In this document: one piece after another, positions 1-9,165 of the stretch
Numbering within the stretch: position 1 is the first letter of the stretch
How the letters are laid out: each line of letters starts with the position of its first letter
Source: a candidate division WOR-3 bacterium
GTDB taxonomy: Bacteria > Hydrothermota > Hydrothermia > LBFQ01
Assembly: GCA_039802605.1 (NCBI GenBank)
Contig: JBDRWW010000003.1
Location: 64,001 to 128,000 of the forward strand
Direction: 5' to 3'
DNA length: 64,000 nucleotides
Notes under the pieces: generated by a model
What the model saw: the letters and a program-made list of their open reading frames with translations, nothing else
Told to the model about the DNA's origin: nothing
Databases searched by the model: none
Position numbers and translations under genes: made by a program

Positions 1-50
1 TCAACCGCCACTACCGGAAACATATGTGTGAATGTCCAAAGGATTTCCAT
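1..50 (-). CDS. 5' fragment of a hypothetical protein running off the window (MEILWTFTHMFPVVAV...)
   Basis: ATG at 50 directly abuts the cstA stop (TAA-ATG coupling); open to the window edge; not in the ORF track. Confidence 0.5.
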   Translation of the reverse strand, partial: MEILWTFTHMFPVVAV

Positions 51-1571
51 TTACGCCCTCTTAAATATCGCCATAAGGGAACTCAGGGATACAAAAACAC
101 CCAATATAAACAACGCTATCGCAAAAATCAAGGCCACCATATTTAGTTTCCCAAACTGATATACAAGTGCCCACAGGGTTATTATACTCATAAAAATTGC
201 CGGAATTAAGGAAACAATATAGTTCCTTTTCGTTTTAAACAACCAAGCGGTTATTACGAATAAGGAAAGGGCGGCCAACAGTTGATTCGCCGCACCAAAA
301 ACCGTCCATAGGTTATCCGCTTGTCCGCCCAATAACAGGGCTAGGGAGCATATTACGACAATGGCGGAGGAAATATAGATATTTTTCAGTCCAAAGAACT
401 CCGTTGTTATATACCTGGCGATGCGTGTGGCCGTATCAAGGGTTGTTAGTATAAAAGCGTTTAGGACGAGTATGGCAAAATATCCCCCATAACTCCCGAG
501 AAAAGGTGTAATATTCCCCACACCCTTACCGAATGTACCTATGGGGTTTGAAGGGTCTAAACCTCCGGATAACGACCCAACCGCTGCTATTACCAACACC
601 GCCAAAAAACCCTCCAACAACATAGCGCCATAAGATATTTTCTTTGAATCCCTTTCCTTTGGCAATTGCTTTGCCGATGTCCCGGAGGATATTAGGGAAT
701 GAAAGCCGGATATAGCCCCGCAGGCCACCGTCACGAACAGAAAGGGTACAAGAGGTATATCCGAAGACTTTACTGGGGGTATGTTAAAATGTTTTCCCGA
801 AATCAATGCCCCGGCGAACATTACAAGAATTCCCCCTACAAGCAGATATGAGGATATGTAATCCCTCGGTTGCAATAGGTATTGCACGGGAATCACCGAT
901 GCCATAAAGGAATATATCAATAGGATTAAAAGCCAGAAATGATAAGATGCTTTTATGGGAAACATTTCCCCCAAGGGGATAAGGATTATCAACCCCAGTA
1001 TACCCAAGATCGTGGAAATCAGGAGGTTTATATTGAGTTTATAGGTTAAAAAAATTAAGGCCACGGGTATAAGACCGAGGGAGGGTATTACTATATGCGG
1101 GTCTCCCACATAGGATTTCGCCGCAAAGTGCGCAAACACGGCCACTATCAAAACTAAGGCAAACCATACAAAGGCGGAAAACAAAACCCTTGCATATTCC
1201 GATACATAAATCCTTGATACCTCGGATATACTTTTCCCATCATTCCTAAGGGAAACCATCATGGAACCGAAATCGTGAACACCCCCCATAAATACGCTTC
1301 CAAAAAGAACCCAAAGAAATGCCGGAAGCCAACCCCAATATATTAAAGCCAGTGTGGGACCGACTATTGGCCCCGCCCCTGCTATTGAAGCAAAGTGATG
1401 ACCAAAGAGTACCAACCAGCTCCTTGCGGGTACATAATCCCTGCCATCGTAAAGCCTTTCGGCAGGAGTTGGGTTATCCCCAACCTGAAACACACGACTC
1501 AAAAAACCCCCGTATAATACATACCCCATTATGAGGAATAAGACACAAAACATTACAAAAACCACAAGCAT
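51..1571 (-). CDS. cstA: Carbon starvation protein A family peptide/pyruvate transporter
   Basis: Motifs TPA..xDGRDYVP, LFGHHFASIAGAGPIVGP, ACGAISGFHSL, LTTLDTATR. Start moved from 1856 to ATG 1571: TAGAAT lies 7 nt upstream and this avoids overlap with the divergent gene. Confidence 0.92.
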   Translation of the reverse strand: MLVVFVMFCVLFLIMGYVLYGGFLSRVFQVGDNPTPAERLYDGRDYVPARSWLVLFGHHFASIAGAGPIVGPTLALIYWGWLPAFLWVLFGSVFMGGVHDFGSMMVSLRNDGKSISEVSRIYVSEYARVLFSAFVWFALVLIVAVFAHFAAKSYVGDPHIVIPSLGLIPVALIFLTYKLNINLLISTILGILGLIILIPLGEMFPIKASYHFWLLILLIYSFMASVIPVQYLLQPRDYISSYLLVGGILVMFAGALISGKHFNIPPVKSSDIPLVPFLFVTVACGAISGFHSLISSGTSAKQLPKERDSKKISYGAMLLEGFLAVLVIAAVGSLSGGLDPSNPIGTFGKGVGNITPFLGSYGGYFAILVLNAFILTTLDTATRIARYITTEFFGLKNIYISSAIVVICSLALLLGGQADNLWTVFGAANQLLAALSLFVITAWLFKTKRNYIVSLIPAIFMSIITLWALVYQFGKLNMVALIFAIALFILGVFVSLSSLMAIFKRA

Positions 1572-1578
1572 AACAAAA

Positions 1579-1631
1579 ATTCTAAGTCGGAAAATATTTT
1601 CCCCACACAGAACATTTTCACCCCTTATAAT
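1579..1631. promoter_or_regulatory. Back-to-back -10 boxes for cstA (TAGAAT, minus strand, 1579-1584) and the lipoprotein operon (TATAAT, plus strand, 1626-1631); representative of about 28 such boxes
   Basis: Each box is 7 nt from its ATG with no SD; the same layout recurs at most divergent gene pairs in the window. Confidence 0.75.
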
Positions 1632-1638
1632 ATCCGCT

Positions 1639-2148
1639 ATGCGATTTATACCCATTTTAATTATTGGGTTAATCGTGGGGTGCTCATCCCTACCTCCAAA
1701 GGGCGGAGCCCCGGATGTTTTGGAAGTTAGGTTTAAATCACCTAAGGATTCCATAGTTAGTAAGTTCAAAGCCGTTGTGTATAACAACAAATACGCCGTT
1801 GCAACATATTCCGTTGACGAAGGTATTATTGAAACCGATTGGAGGGAACTAAACAAAAGTTCCTTTTCTTGCTGCTTTGCTTATATGTTTGAAGGGGTAA
1901 GGCAGTCTTGGATAAAGGTTATAGCATATGTTGGTCAGGTCCCGGGCGATACATTAAACTACATTAAACTACAAGGTTTGTTAAAGATTATAGGGACAAG
2001 GCCTTGGGATAACGAAGTTCAGATAAGGCCCATAAAGAAGGGGACTCCTTATTACAAGGAATTGGAGAAATTGATAACGCAGTTGGAGGAACAGTTGGGG
2101 GAGAAGGGTAATTACGAGGCCATGAAAAGGGAGGTATTGCTAAAATGA
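1639..2148 (+). CDS. Lipoprotein of unknown function (IIETDW segment reminiscent of BamC-like lipoproteins)
   Basis: Start moved to ATG 1639: MRFIPILIIGLIVG-C lipobox, TATAAT at 1626-1631; ATGA overlap with the next gene. Confidence 0.75.
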   Translation: MRFIPILIIGLIVGCSSLPPKGGAPDVLEVRFKSPKDSIVSKFKAVVYNNKYAVATYSVDEGIIETDWRELNKSSFSCCFAYMFEGVRQSWIKVIAYVGQVPGDTLNYIKLQGLLKIIGTRPWDNEVQIRPIKKGTPYYKELEKLITQLEEQLGEKGNYEAMKREVLLK

Positions 2149-2594
2149 TGAAAATGATAAGGTATTTTTTACCCTTTGCGGTATTGATTGTATTGCCGAC
2201 TTTGGGCTTTGCCAATTGCCCAGACCCTCCAAAAGGAATTCCTAATAATCCCCTTGGTGAGGGTTTTGCCTTTGCCTATCCAAGCGTTGTTGCCCTTGAT
2301 GCCAATGGTAATACCAGACCTGCTGTATTCTACAAAGTACACCAGTCCGACATAGTTGAAATTTATGACCCCTTTGGCGTACTCGTTAAAAGGTTTGAAC
2401 AAGGTGATAGAAATGAGGTGAAAGACGGAACCTATGCCAACTGTGCTTATCTTTGGTTTGGAGAAAACGGTGCGGGGAAACCCGTTTCTCCTGGCATTTA
2501 CCTTGCGGTTTTGAGGTTTCAAGCCGGAGGGGCTCCAAGCGGCACATCGCGCAGGCAGTATGTCTTGGTTAAGGTTCCCCCAAGGGTAAGGTAA
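2145..2594 (+). CDS. Secreted FlgD-Ig / sorting-domain-like protein
   Basis: Classical signal peptide (..PTLGFA|N); VEIYDPFGVLVKRF and LWFGENGAGKPVSPGIYLAVL match the FlgD-Ig-like WDG..G..V..G.Y pattern. Confidence 0.65.
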   Translation: MMKMIRYFLPFAVLIVLPTLGFANCPDPPKGIPNNPLGEGFAFAYPSVVALDANGNTRPAVFYKVHQSDIVEIYDPFGVLVKRFEQGDRNEVKDGTYANCAYLWFGENGAGKPVSPGIYLAVLRFQAGGAPSGTSRRQYVLVKVPPRVR

Positions 2595-2598
2595 GGCC

Positions 2599-3870
2599 AT
2601 GGTGATACTTCTACTATCGCAGATGGGTACGGGTGGAATACCCGGTTATATGTTTGCATACGCAATAGGTGCAAGGCCTTATGGTTTTGGTAGGGCTTTC
2701 ACGGGTTTGGCAGACGATGCGGAAGCTGTTTATTTCAACCCCGGAGCCTTGGCATTTTTGCAAAGGGTAAATGCGACGGCCGGATATTTCCAATTGCCCA
2801 TATCCGATTTTACATACTACTACGCCGCATTTACATTCCCAACGGCAACATTCGGCAGTTTTGGCATAACCGTAATGCAATTACAGAATCCCACAAGGGA
2901 TCAGGGGGCAATATTTTTTGATTCCGTTCAGTGTACGAGATTTGAAGGGTATGTATGTACGGATTCAACTTTCGCTTATGCCGATTTCCCGAAATCCGGT
3001 AACAATGATAGGACGCCCTTTAACGCGGGCCTAATAGCATATTCAAAATCCTTTTCAAGGTACATATCCGTAGGCGCTGCCCTTGAATTGGTATACCATA
3101 GGGTTTATAACTCATCGCCTTCAAGTGCGGGGATTATGGTGGGTATGATGTTTATCCCGAATCAATATTTCTCCTTAGGAATAGTGGGTCAGCACTTTAT
3201 ACCACCCAAAGAGAGTTATTTGATAACATCCCAAACATACCCTCAGGTTTGGAGGTTTGGGATAGGTTTGAGGCCCTTTAACTGGATAAACCTCGTAGTT
3301 GATGGTGCTTATTCAACCTTTTATAACGGATTCAAGTTTTACGGGGGTGCCGAGGCGAGACTCCTCTCCTTCCTTTATGTTAGAGGGGGTATAAACTACG
3401 AGGAGGTTTCCGGTGGTGGGAGTTTTGAATTCACAATAAGGGATATAATTTTCAGGCTTGACGGTGCTTATACATTTAACTATGCTTCAAACGGCGTGTA
3501 TAAGGATTATATGCAGTTTTCCGGTGTTATAAAGTTTGGCGGTTATAGGGTTTGGGCGGATGCCGATCCAAAACTCATTTCCCCTACGGAAGGGGAAGCA
3601 AACATAGCGTTTGTATATCTCCACACCTTCCCAAGGCAGGATGTTGAGAGTTGGGAGTTTATTATAAAGAAACAAACGGGTGAAGTGGTTAGAACCTTTT
3701 ACGGTGAGGGTGAGCCTCCCGTAAGGATTGAATGGGATGGTAGGGATGACGCCGGAAGAATAGTACCCCCCGGGAACTATAACTATCATTATAGGGTAAT
3801 AGATTCGGGGGGTGAAGTTTATGAACGCGCGGGTTATTTGGTTACGGTAAAAAGGGTGGAGGTATGGTAA
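2599..3870 (+). CDS. PorV/PorQ (UPF0164)-like outer-membrane barrel with C-terminal FlgD-Ig-like domain
   Basis: GARPYGFGRAFTGLADDAEAVYFNPGAL plug motif of PorV/FadL-like barrels; amphipathic strands; C-terminal EWDGRDDAGRIVPPGNYNY. Confidence 0.75.
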   Translation: MVILLLSQMGTGGIPGYMFAYAIGARPYGFGRAFTGLADDAEAVYFNPGALAFLQRVNATAGYFQLPISDFTYYYAAFTFPTATFGSFGITVMQLQNPTRDQGAIFFDSVQCTRFEGYVCTDSTFAYADFPKSGNNDRTPFNAGLIAYSKSFSRYISVGAALELVYHRVYNSSPSSAGIMVGMMFIPNQYFSLGIVGQHFIPPKESYLITSQTYPQVWRFGIGLRPFNWINLVVDGAYSTFYNGFKFYGGAEARLLSFLYVRGGINYEEVSGGGSFEFTIRDIIFRLDGAYTFNYASNGVYKDYMQFSGVIKFGGYRVWADADPKLISPTEGEANIAFVYLHTFPRQDVESWEFIIKKQTGEVVRTFYGEGEPPVRIEWDGRDDAGRIVPPGNYNYHYRVIDSGGEVYERAGYLVTVKRVEVW

Positions 3871-3871
3871 G

Positions 3872-6424
3872 ATGCTAACGGCAAGTTTAATGCTTTTTGC
3901 AATGTCCTATAATGATTTTTATAGGGCGTATAAGGACGCGGAGGAACTTTTCAGGAAGGGGGATTACTCAAAATCCGAAAAGATATACCGTAAGATCCTC
4001 AGGGATTCCTACAAGTATGGGTTTGGAAACGAAACGAGGTACAGAATAGCCGAGGCGCTGTTTAATCAAGGTAATTTTGACGGCGCTATAAAAGAATGGG
4101 ACAAACTGGCTAAGGAGAAAGATGTAAAGGGTACATACTTGGAACAGGAAATAGCCTATGCCGTTGCCTTGGCCTATGCTATCAAGGGGGATGTCAATAT
4201 TGCCAAACAAAAGTTGTTAGATTTGCAAAATTACCCATACTACAAAAACTCCGATAGGACAAAGTTCCTTGACGGGGTGATATCTTATAGGGAGGGTAAG
4301 TTCTTAGAGGCTTCCGAAAAATTGGCCAAGGCTCAAACCGTTCCAGAGGCCAAGTTTTATTATGCGAGGACATTGGCTATACTCGGAAAACCCTTGGATG
4401 CCGTGGCCATATATAAAGAACTCCTTGAAGATTATTCCGGAACCCCGCAGGAGGCTTTAATAAACTACGGAATGGTAGAGGCAAACTTCATATACGGTGA
4501 TTACAAGGCCACTTCCGAGATGGCAGACGCTTTTACAAAAAGGTTCCACGGGCATAAGCTATCCGACTATGTACAGTATTACTGGGGTATATCCCTTTAC
4601 CGTATGGGTATGGGTGAGGGTGGAAAGAAGGATAGCGTATTACTACCCAAAGCCTTGGAAAAGCTTACATTGCTAACCAAGAAGAGAAACTTTGAATTGG
4701 CGGGTTTGGCCGCGTATTTTGTGGGTAATATTCAACTTGCGCTAAAACAGTACGATGATGCCCTTAACTATTATCAAACCGCCCGTTCAAGGGCTAACGA
4801 TCAGGTGGTATCGTTTATATCAATCCTCAGAATGGCCGAGACTTATTATTACAAAGGGGATACAAATAACGCGTATTTATTGGCCAACCAGTTGGGTTCA
4901 TTCCCCTTATCCCATGAGGAGCAGGGTGTAAGCGAATATTTAACCGGCGCCATCCATTACCTTTTGAGAAAATATCCGGCTTCTATGGAGCAGTTCCAGT
5001 TCCTCATAGAAAACTATCAGAGGTCTTATTTCAGGAGGCCGGCTATGGCCATGATGATTTTCGCCCTTATAAACCAGCACGAATTTGAGGCCGCAATGGC
5101 AAGGGGTAACCTTTACAACGAAGAGGTTTCACAGGACACAACCTTTACGATATGGAACTCTTGGTTCGTTCATGCATTGGCGGAGGCGCATTATTATAAC
5201 AAGGATTATGCGACGGCAGAAAAGTTGTACAACCTAAACCTCAAATATGGGCTTTCAAAGGATTTAATAATACTTTCAAGGTTAGGCTTGGGTTGGGTTT
5301 ATATCCATCAGGACCGCTTGGACGATGCCCTGGCCCAGTTAAACGCCATAGCGGGACAATCACCCGATACATCCGTTGTTATGGCGACATTTTTGGGGAT
5401 AGGGGTGGCGGAGTTTAACAAAGGGAAATATGTAGATGCTTTTGGAAGGTTTTACGCGGTTTATCAATTTGCCCCCGAGAGGGAGGAAATAGCATCCGAG
5501 GCCCTTTATTACTCGGGTTATGCGGCAAAGGCTGCTAAGTCTTATGGTGATGCGGTTAGGAATTGGGACTTAACCATGCAGAAATATCCGAGACAACCCA
5601 AAGCCTGTGATGCCGCTTTCAGTTCCGGCGAATTGTATAAAATGGCCGGACAGTTTGACGATGCCATATCAAGGTTTAGGTGGTTTTTGGAGCATTGCCC
5701 CGACCATCCAAAGGTTCCTAGGGCTCAATTCTGGATAGCCGAGTCCTATGAGGGTAAGAAGGATTGGGAATCCGCAAGGCAGGAGTACGAAACTTTCTTA
5801 AACAAATTCCCGGAAAATGAACTCGCCCCCAAGGCTAAAACCGGCCTTGAAAGGGTTTATTTCAGGCTAACAGAACAAGACCCCAACTATCTTGAAAAGT
5901 TCTTGGAAAGGTTTCCAACAAGCAATATAGCGGCCCTTGCACTTTATAAGGCCGCGGCGGATGCAATGAACGCCGGGGATGAAGTAAAAGCCGCCGATCT
6001 CTTTTTCCGCCTTGGAAACGAGTATCCAAAGAGCGATAAGGCCGAGGAAGCATTATACTACGCTGGAACCCTCTATTTGAAGAACAAGAAGTTTAGAGAG
6101 GCTATTGAGGCTTTCAAAAAGTATAAAGACTTCTTCCCAGATGGGCAACACGCGGAGGATGTGTTCTACTATTCCTCAACCGCTCATTTGTCCTTACAGG
6201 AATACGACGCCGCTATTAAGGCTGTACAGGAATTTATAAAGAGGTTTCCAAATAGTCAAAAAGTGCCCGATGCATATCGTATAATGGGGGTGGCTTATAA
6301 TGAAATGGGGGATGTTAGGAACGCGGCGAGGGCGTTTAGGCAGGCTGCTGACCTTTATAGGCAGCAGGGTAGGGCCACAGAGGCCCAACAAATGGAAGAC
6401 ATTATTAAACAACTTCCGCAATAA
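3872..6424 (+). CDS. Large tetratricopeptide-repeat protein (BamD/CpoB-like repeats)
   Basis: Many TPR units of the F...(Y/F)P.S..A..A.(Y/F) type; SD GGAGGT upstream. Confidence 0.85.
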   Translation: MLTASLMLFAMSYNDFYRAYKDAEELFRKGDYSKSEKIYRKILRDSYKYGFGNETRYRIAEALFNQGNFDGAIKEWDKLAKEKDVKGTYLEQEIAYAVALAYAIKGDVNIAKQKLLDLQNYPYYKNSDRTKFLDGVISYREGKFLEASEKLAKAQTVPEAKFYYARTLAILGKPLDAVAIYKELLEDYSGTPQEALINYGMVEANFIYGDYKATSEMADAFTKRFHGHKLSDYVQYYWGISLYRMGMGEGGKKDSVLLPKALEKLTLLTKKRNFELAGLAAYFVGNIQLALKQYDDALNYYQTARSRANDQVVSFISILRMAETYYYKGDTNNAYLLANQLGSFPLSHEEQGVSEYLTGAIHYLLRKYPASMEQFQFLIENYQRSYFRRPAMAMMIFALINQHEFEAAMARGNLYNEEVSQDTTFTIWNSWFVHALAEAHYYNKDYATAEKLYNLNLKYGLSKDLIILSRLGLGWVYIHQDRLDDALAQLNAIAGQSPDTSVVMATFLGIGVAEFNKGKYVDAFGRFYAVYQFAPEREEIASEALYYSGYAAKAAKSYGDAVRNWDLTMQKYPRQPKACDAAFSSGELYKMAGQFDDAISRFRWFLEHCPDHPKVPRAQFWIAESYEGKKDWESARQEYETFLNKFPENELAPKAKTGLERVYFRLTEQDPNYLEKFLERFPTSNIAALALYKAAADAMNAGDEVKAADLFFRLGNEYPKSDKAEEALYYAGTLYLKNKKFREAIEAFKKYKDFFPDGQHAEDVFYYSSTAHLSLQEYDAAIKAVQEFIKRFPNSQKVPDAYRIMGVAYNEMGDVRNAARAFRQAADLYRQQGRATEAQQMEDIIKQLPQ

Positions 6425-6441
6425 AAAGGAGGTAGGGAAAT

Positions 6442-7146
6442 ATGGAAATGGTTTTTGCAATTTTGCCGGCCTTGCAGGAAGGCTTTAATATACTCAACAT
6501 ATTCCGTATATATGCAGTGGTGGACGGCGTAGTCACCTTTATTGGGTTCTTTGATAACTTAACGATGTTTGTTCTACTCATCCTGTTCATCGCAGCCTTA
6601 ATACTCGTAGGCGAGAGGTTATTCTATGTCTTGCGCCGCAAGAACTTCAACGCCAATAAGGTCCTGTCGGATGTTCAGGCATATCTTGAAAACGGGGATG
6701 TAGAAGGCGCAATAGCTTACCTCAAAAGAACGGATCACCCATTACACAACACCCTTAGGGCTGGTCTTGAAAACATACATTTACCCCTTGACCAGATGTA
6801 CGATATGATGGATTCGGTGTTATCATTTGAAAGGTCAAAGCTGCTCAAATTCACCTCGGGTTTATCCTCTATAATTGCCGTCGCTCCCCTTGCCGGTCTA
6901 TTCGGAACAGTGGATGGGTTGATAGACGCATTCCACCAGATAGCGGTTACCGGGACAGGTGGGCCGGAGGTTGTGGGTAAAGGTATATCCACGGCATTGG
7001 TCACTACTTGGTGGGGATTGATAATAGCGATGATGAGCATACCCGTTTATAACTATGTAACAAACATTGTAGATCAAATAACCACGAGGATAGACAACGC
7101 GGCTAGGAGGCTTTTGATAATAGTTAGCCAATTACAAAAGACTTAA
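6442..7146 (+). CDS. exbB: MotA/TolQ/ExbB proton-channel protein
   Basis: APLAGLFGTVDGLIDAF and GISTALVTT motifs; SD AGGAGGT. Confidence 0.9.
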   Translation: MEMVFAILPALQEGFNILNIFRIYAVVDGVVTFIGFFDNLTMFVLLILFIAALILVGERLFYVLRRKNFNANKVLSDVQAYLENGDVEGAIAYLKRTDHPLHNTLRAGLENIHLPLDQMYDMMDSVLSFERSKLLKFTSGLSSIIAVAPLAGLFGTVDGLIDAFHQIAVTGTGGPEVVGKGISTALVTTWWGLIIAMMSIPVYNYVTNIVDQITTRIDNAARRLLIIVSQLQKT

Positions 7147-7147
7147 T

Positions 7148-7579
7148 ATGGCCAGAAAAAAGGAATTTTCTAAACCCAAGGGGCCGAGTGTAAACCTCGG
7201 CCCCTTCTCCGATGTGACGACCTCTTTGGTCATAATGTTTATGCTAACAATACCCTTCCTCGTGGAATCCGGTATTTACATAAGCAGATCCTTGCCGGCC
7301 AACATAAGAATGCCTACCCCCCAACAACCTCAAAAGAGCGATATAAAAGTTAATATACACTTAAAAGCCGACGGAACAATACTTTTGAACGAGGAACCCG
7401 TTGACCCATCTTTATTGCCCGACCTTATACCCAAGCTCTTGGCAAGGAGTGTGAAGAAACAGGCTTTACTCTCGGCAGACGAGGAGGTTATATATGAGAA
7501 TGTTATCCAAATAATAGACTTATTAAAACAAAAGGGCGCCTCCGATGTGTTAATAATGAAGAGGGCAAAGAGGAGGTAA
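7148..7579 (+). CDS. exbD: ExbD/TolR family protein (canonical TM Asp)
   Basis: VNLGPFSDV TM segment; LSADEEVIYENVIQIIDLLK periplasmic motif. Confidence 0.88.
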   Translation: MARKKEFSKPKGPSVNLGPFSDVTTSLVIMFMLTIPFLVESGIYISRSLPANIRMPTPQQPQKSDIKVNIHLKADGTILLNEEPVDPSLLPDLIPKLLARSVKKQALLSADEEVIYENVIQIIDLLKQKGASDVLIMKRAKRR

Positions 7580-7582
7580 ATT

Positions 7583-8035
7583 ATGGCGAAAAAATTAGAA
7601 AAGAAGGAAGCCCCCGATGTAGGCCAGTACCTCTTCCCAATGGCCGGGGTAATGATATTGGTTTTGGCAACAATGATAGCAAACGCTCAGTCGCTATTTC
7701 AGGGTACCAGTATAAAGGTTGATATTCCCAAGGCAAATGTCATAGAGGTTGATTTGGAGCAGAGCATACCCATATCCATAACTAAGGATGGGAAGGTATA
7801 TGTTCAAGATAAGGAGATGCCCGATTTAAACGCTTTAAGGGATAGGGTAAAGGAATTGCAGGAAAAGTACGCCCTTGATGCCGGAGACCCAGAACTCAAA
7901 GGGCAACAGCTAACCGTTATAAGGGCCGACAAGGAAATAAACTGGGGAAGGGTTTTAGAGGTCATAGACGAGACGAAAAGGGCGGGTTGTAAAAGAACCG
8001 CCCTTGCGGTTATAAAGAGGAGGGGGGGAGGTTGA
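7583..8035 (+). CDS. exbD: Second ExbD/TolR family protein (TM Asp apparently absent)
   Basis: VIRADKEINWGRVLEVIDETKRAG motif; TM reads FPMAGVMILVL. Confidence 0.82.
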   Translation: MAKKLEKKEAPDVGQYLFPMAGVMILVLATMIANAQSLFQGTSIKVDIPKANVIEVDLEQSIPISITKDGKVYVQDKEMPDLNALRDRVKELQEKYALDAGDPELKGQQLTVIRADKEINWGRVLEVIDETKRAGCKRTALAVIKRRGGG

Positions 8036-8081
8036 AGGAAAAATTTTTCACCTTTATAATATACAGAACAGGAGGTGGGAC

Positions 8082-9161
8082 ATGGCACAAGTAAGAACTA
8101 TTAAATTACCTGAGGAGAGGGAGGACCGCGCGCAGAAGAGGTTGGCGGTCTTCTTTCTATGGTCCTTGGTGGTGTTGGCGGGCTTGGCGTGGGTTATGAG
8201 GGGTCAAATAGCGGCCGCCCTTGAAGAGGCAAGACTCAGAGAAATCCAATTATTGGAAGAAAAGTTAGCCAAAAAGAAGAATGTACCCCCCAAGTTGATG
8301 AAGCAATTGGAAAAGAAAAAGGAAGAGGCCAAGAAAGAGGCAGAAAAAAAGGATGAAAAGAAACCCGGTGAACCGAAGAAAATAGATTTGCAGGCAAAAC
8401 TATCACAAACCCTGAACCCCACAATAAAACTCGGTGGTCCAAAATTAAATGTAGATATTCCGCAAAACATAAAACTTCAGATAGCGAGTACCCAAATGCT
8501 CCCCGAACAGGTTCAGGTTAAAAACATAGACTTGAACGCGGCATTGGAAACTTCCGCAAAAATAGATATACAATCCCTTGACCAATCTTTGAGCGCCGAA
8601 GCGGCGGATGTTGTGGTGGCAGTTCCGACAAAGGGCGTTAGTACGGCCGATATATTGGCACAAGAGGCCGTTCCCGCCGTATCCCTCGGTGGGGCTGGAT
8701 TTGAAGGCTCCCTTGGTGGAGGTTTGGGCCTTGGTGGTGAAGGGGGTGGAGGAGGTATAAGCTTGAGCAGTGGTGGAGGTGGCGGATTGGCCGCCGCGGC
8801 ACCATCCGTTGATGTGGCCGTACCAAAACCCGCGGCGAAGGAGATAGCCGCCCCTGCCGAACCGGTGCAGGTGAAAGGAGGTGGTGCTATTGAGATAGAA
8901 GGATGCATTCAGGGTAAGGTTGTCCGCAAGGTTAAGCCTGAATACCCTCTAAGGGCTCGTAGGGAAGGTTGGCAGGGAGTTGTGGTTGTTGAGGTAGTAT
9001 TATCTTCAAACGGTACAATCAAAAATCTTGAACTCGTCAAATCAAGCGGTTATGACATCCTTGATAGGGCTGCGATAAGCGCCATACAAGGTTGGCAGTT
9101 TTCAAGCAATGTCCCCGAGGGATGTTCCGGTAAGATAACCATGAGGTTCGTTTTGGAGTAA
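8082..9161 (+). CDS. tonB: TonB family energy transducer
   Basis: N-terminal TM, Lys/Glu- and Gly-rich linker, C-terminal PEYPLRARREGWQGVVVV...SSGYDILDRAAISAIQGWQF; TATAAT 8055-8060 and SD GGAGGT 8071-8076. Confidence 0.9.
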   Translation: MAQVRTIKLPEEREDRAQKRLAVFFLWSLVVLAGLAWVMRGQIAAALEEARLREIQLLEEKLAKKKNVPPKLMKQLEKKKEEAKKEAEKKDEKKPGEPKKIDLQAKLSQTLNPTIKLGGPKLNVDIPQNIKLQIASTQMLPEQVQVKNIDLNAALETSAKIDIQSLDQSLSAEAADVVVAVPTKGVSTADILAQEAVPAVSLGGAGFEGSLGGGLGLGGEGGGGGISLSSGGGGGLAAAAPSVDVAVPKPAAKEIAAPAEPVQVKGGGAIEIEGCIQGKVVRKVKPEYPLRARREGWQGVVVVEVVLSSNGTIKNLELVKSSGYDILDRAAISAIQGWQFSSNVPEGCSGKITMRFVLE

Positions 9162-9165
9162 GGGC

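Noticed and set aside
1531..1856. Apparent 326-nt overlap of cstA and the divergent lipoprotein
   Set aside because: Disappears with starts at 1571(-) and 1639(+), each supported by a -10 box
8687..8790. GGT/GGA-rich low-complexity stretch
   Set aside because: Encodes the Gly-rich TonB linker; not a DNA repeat array
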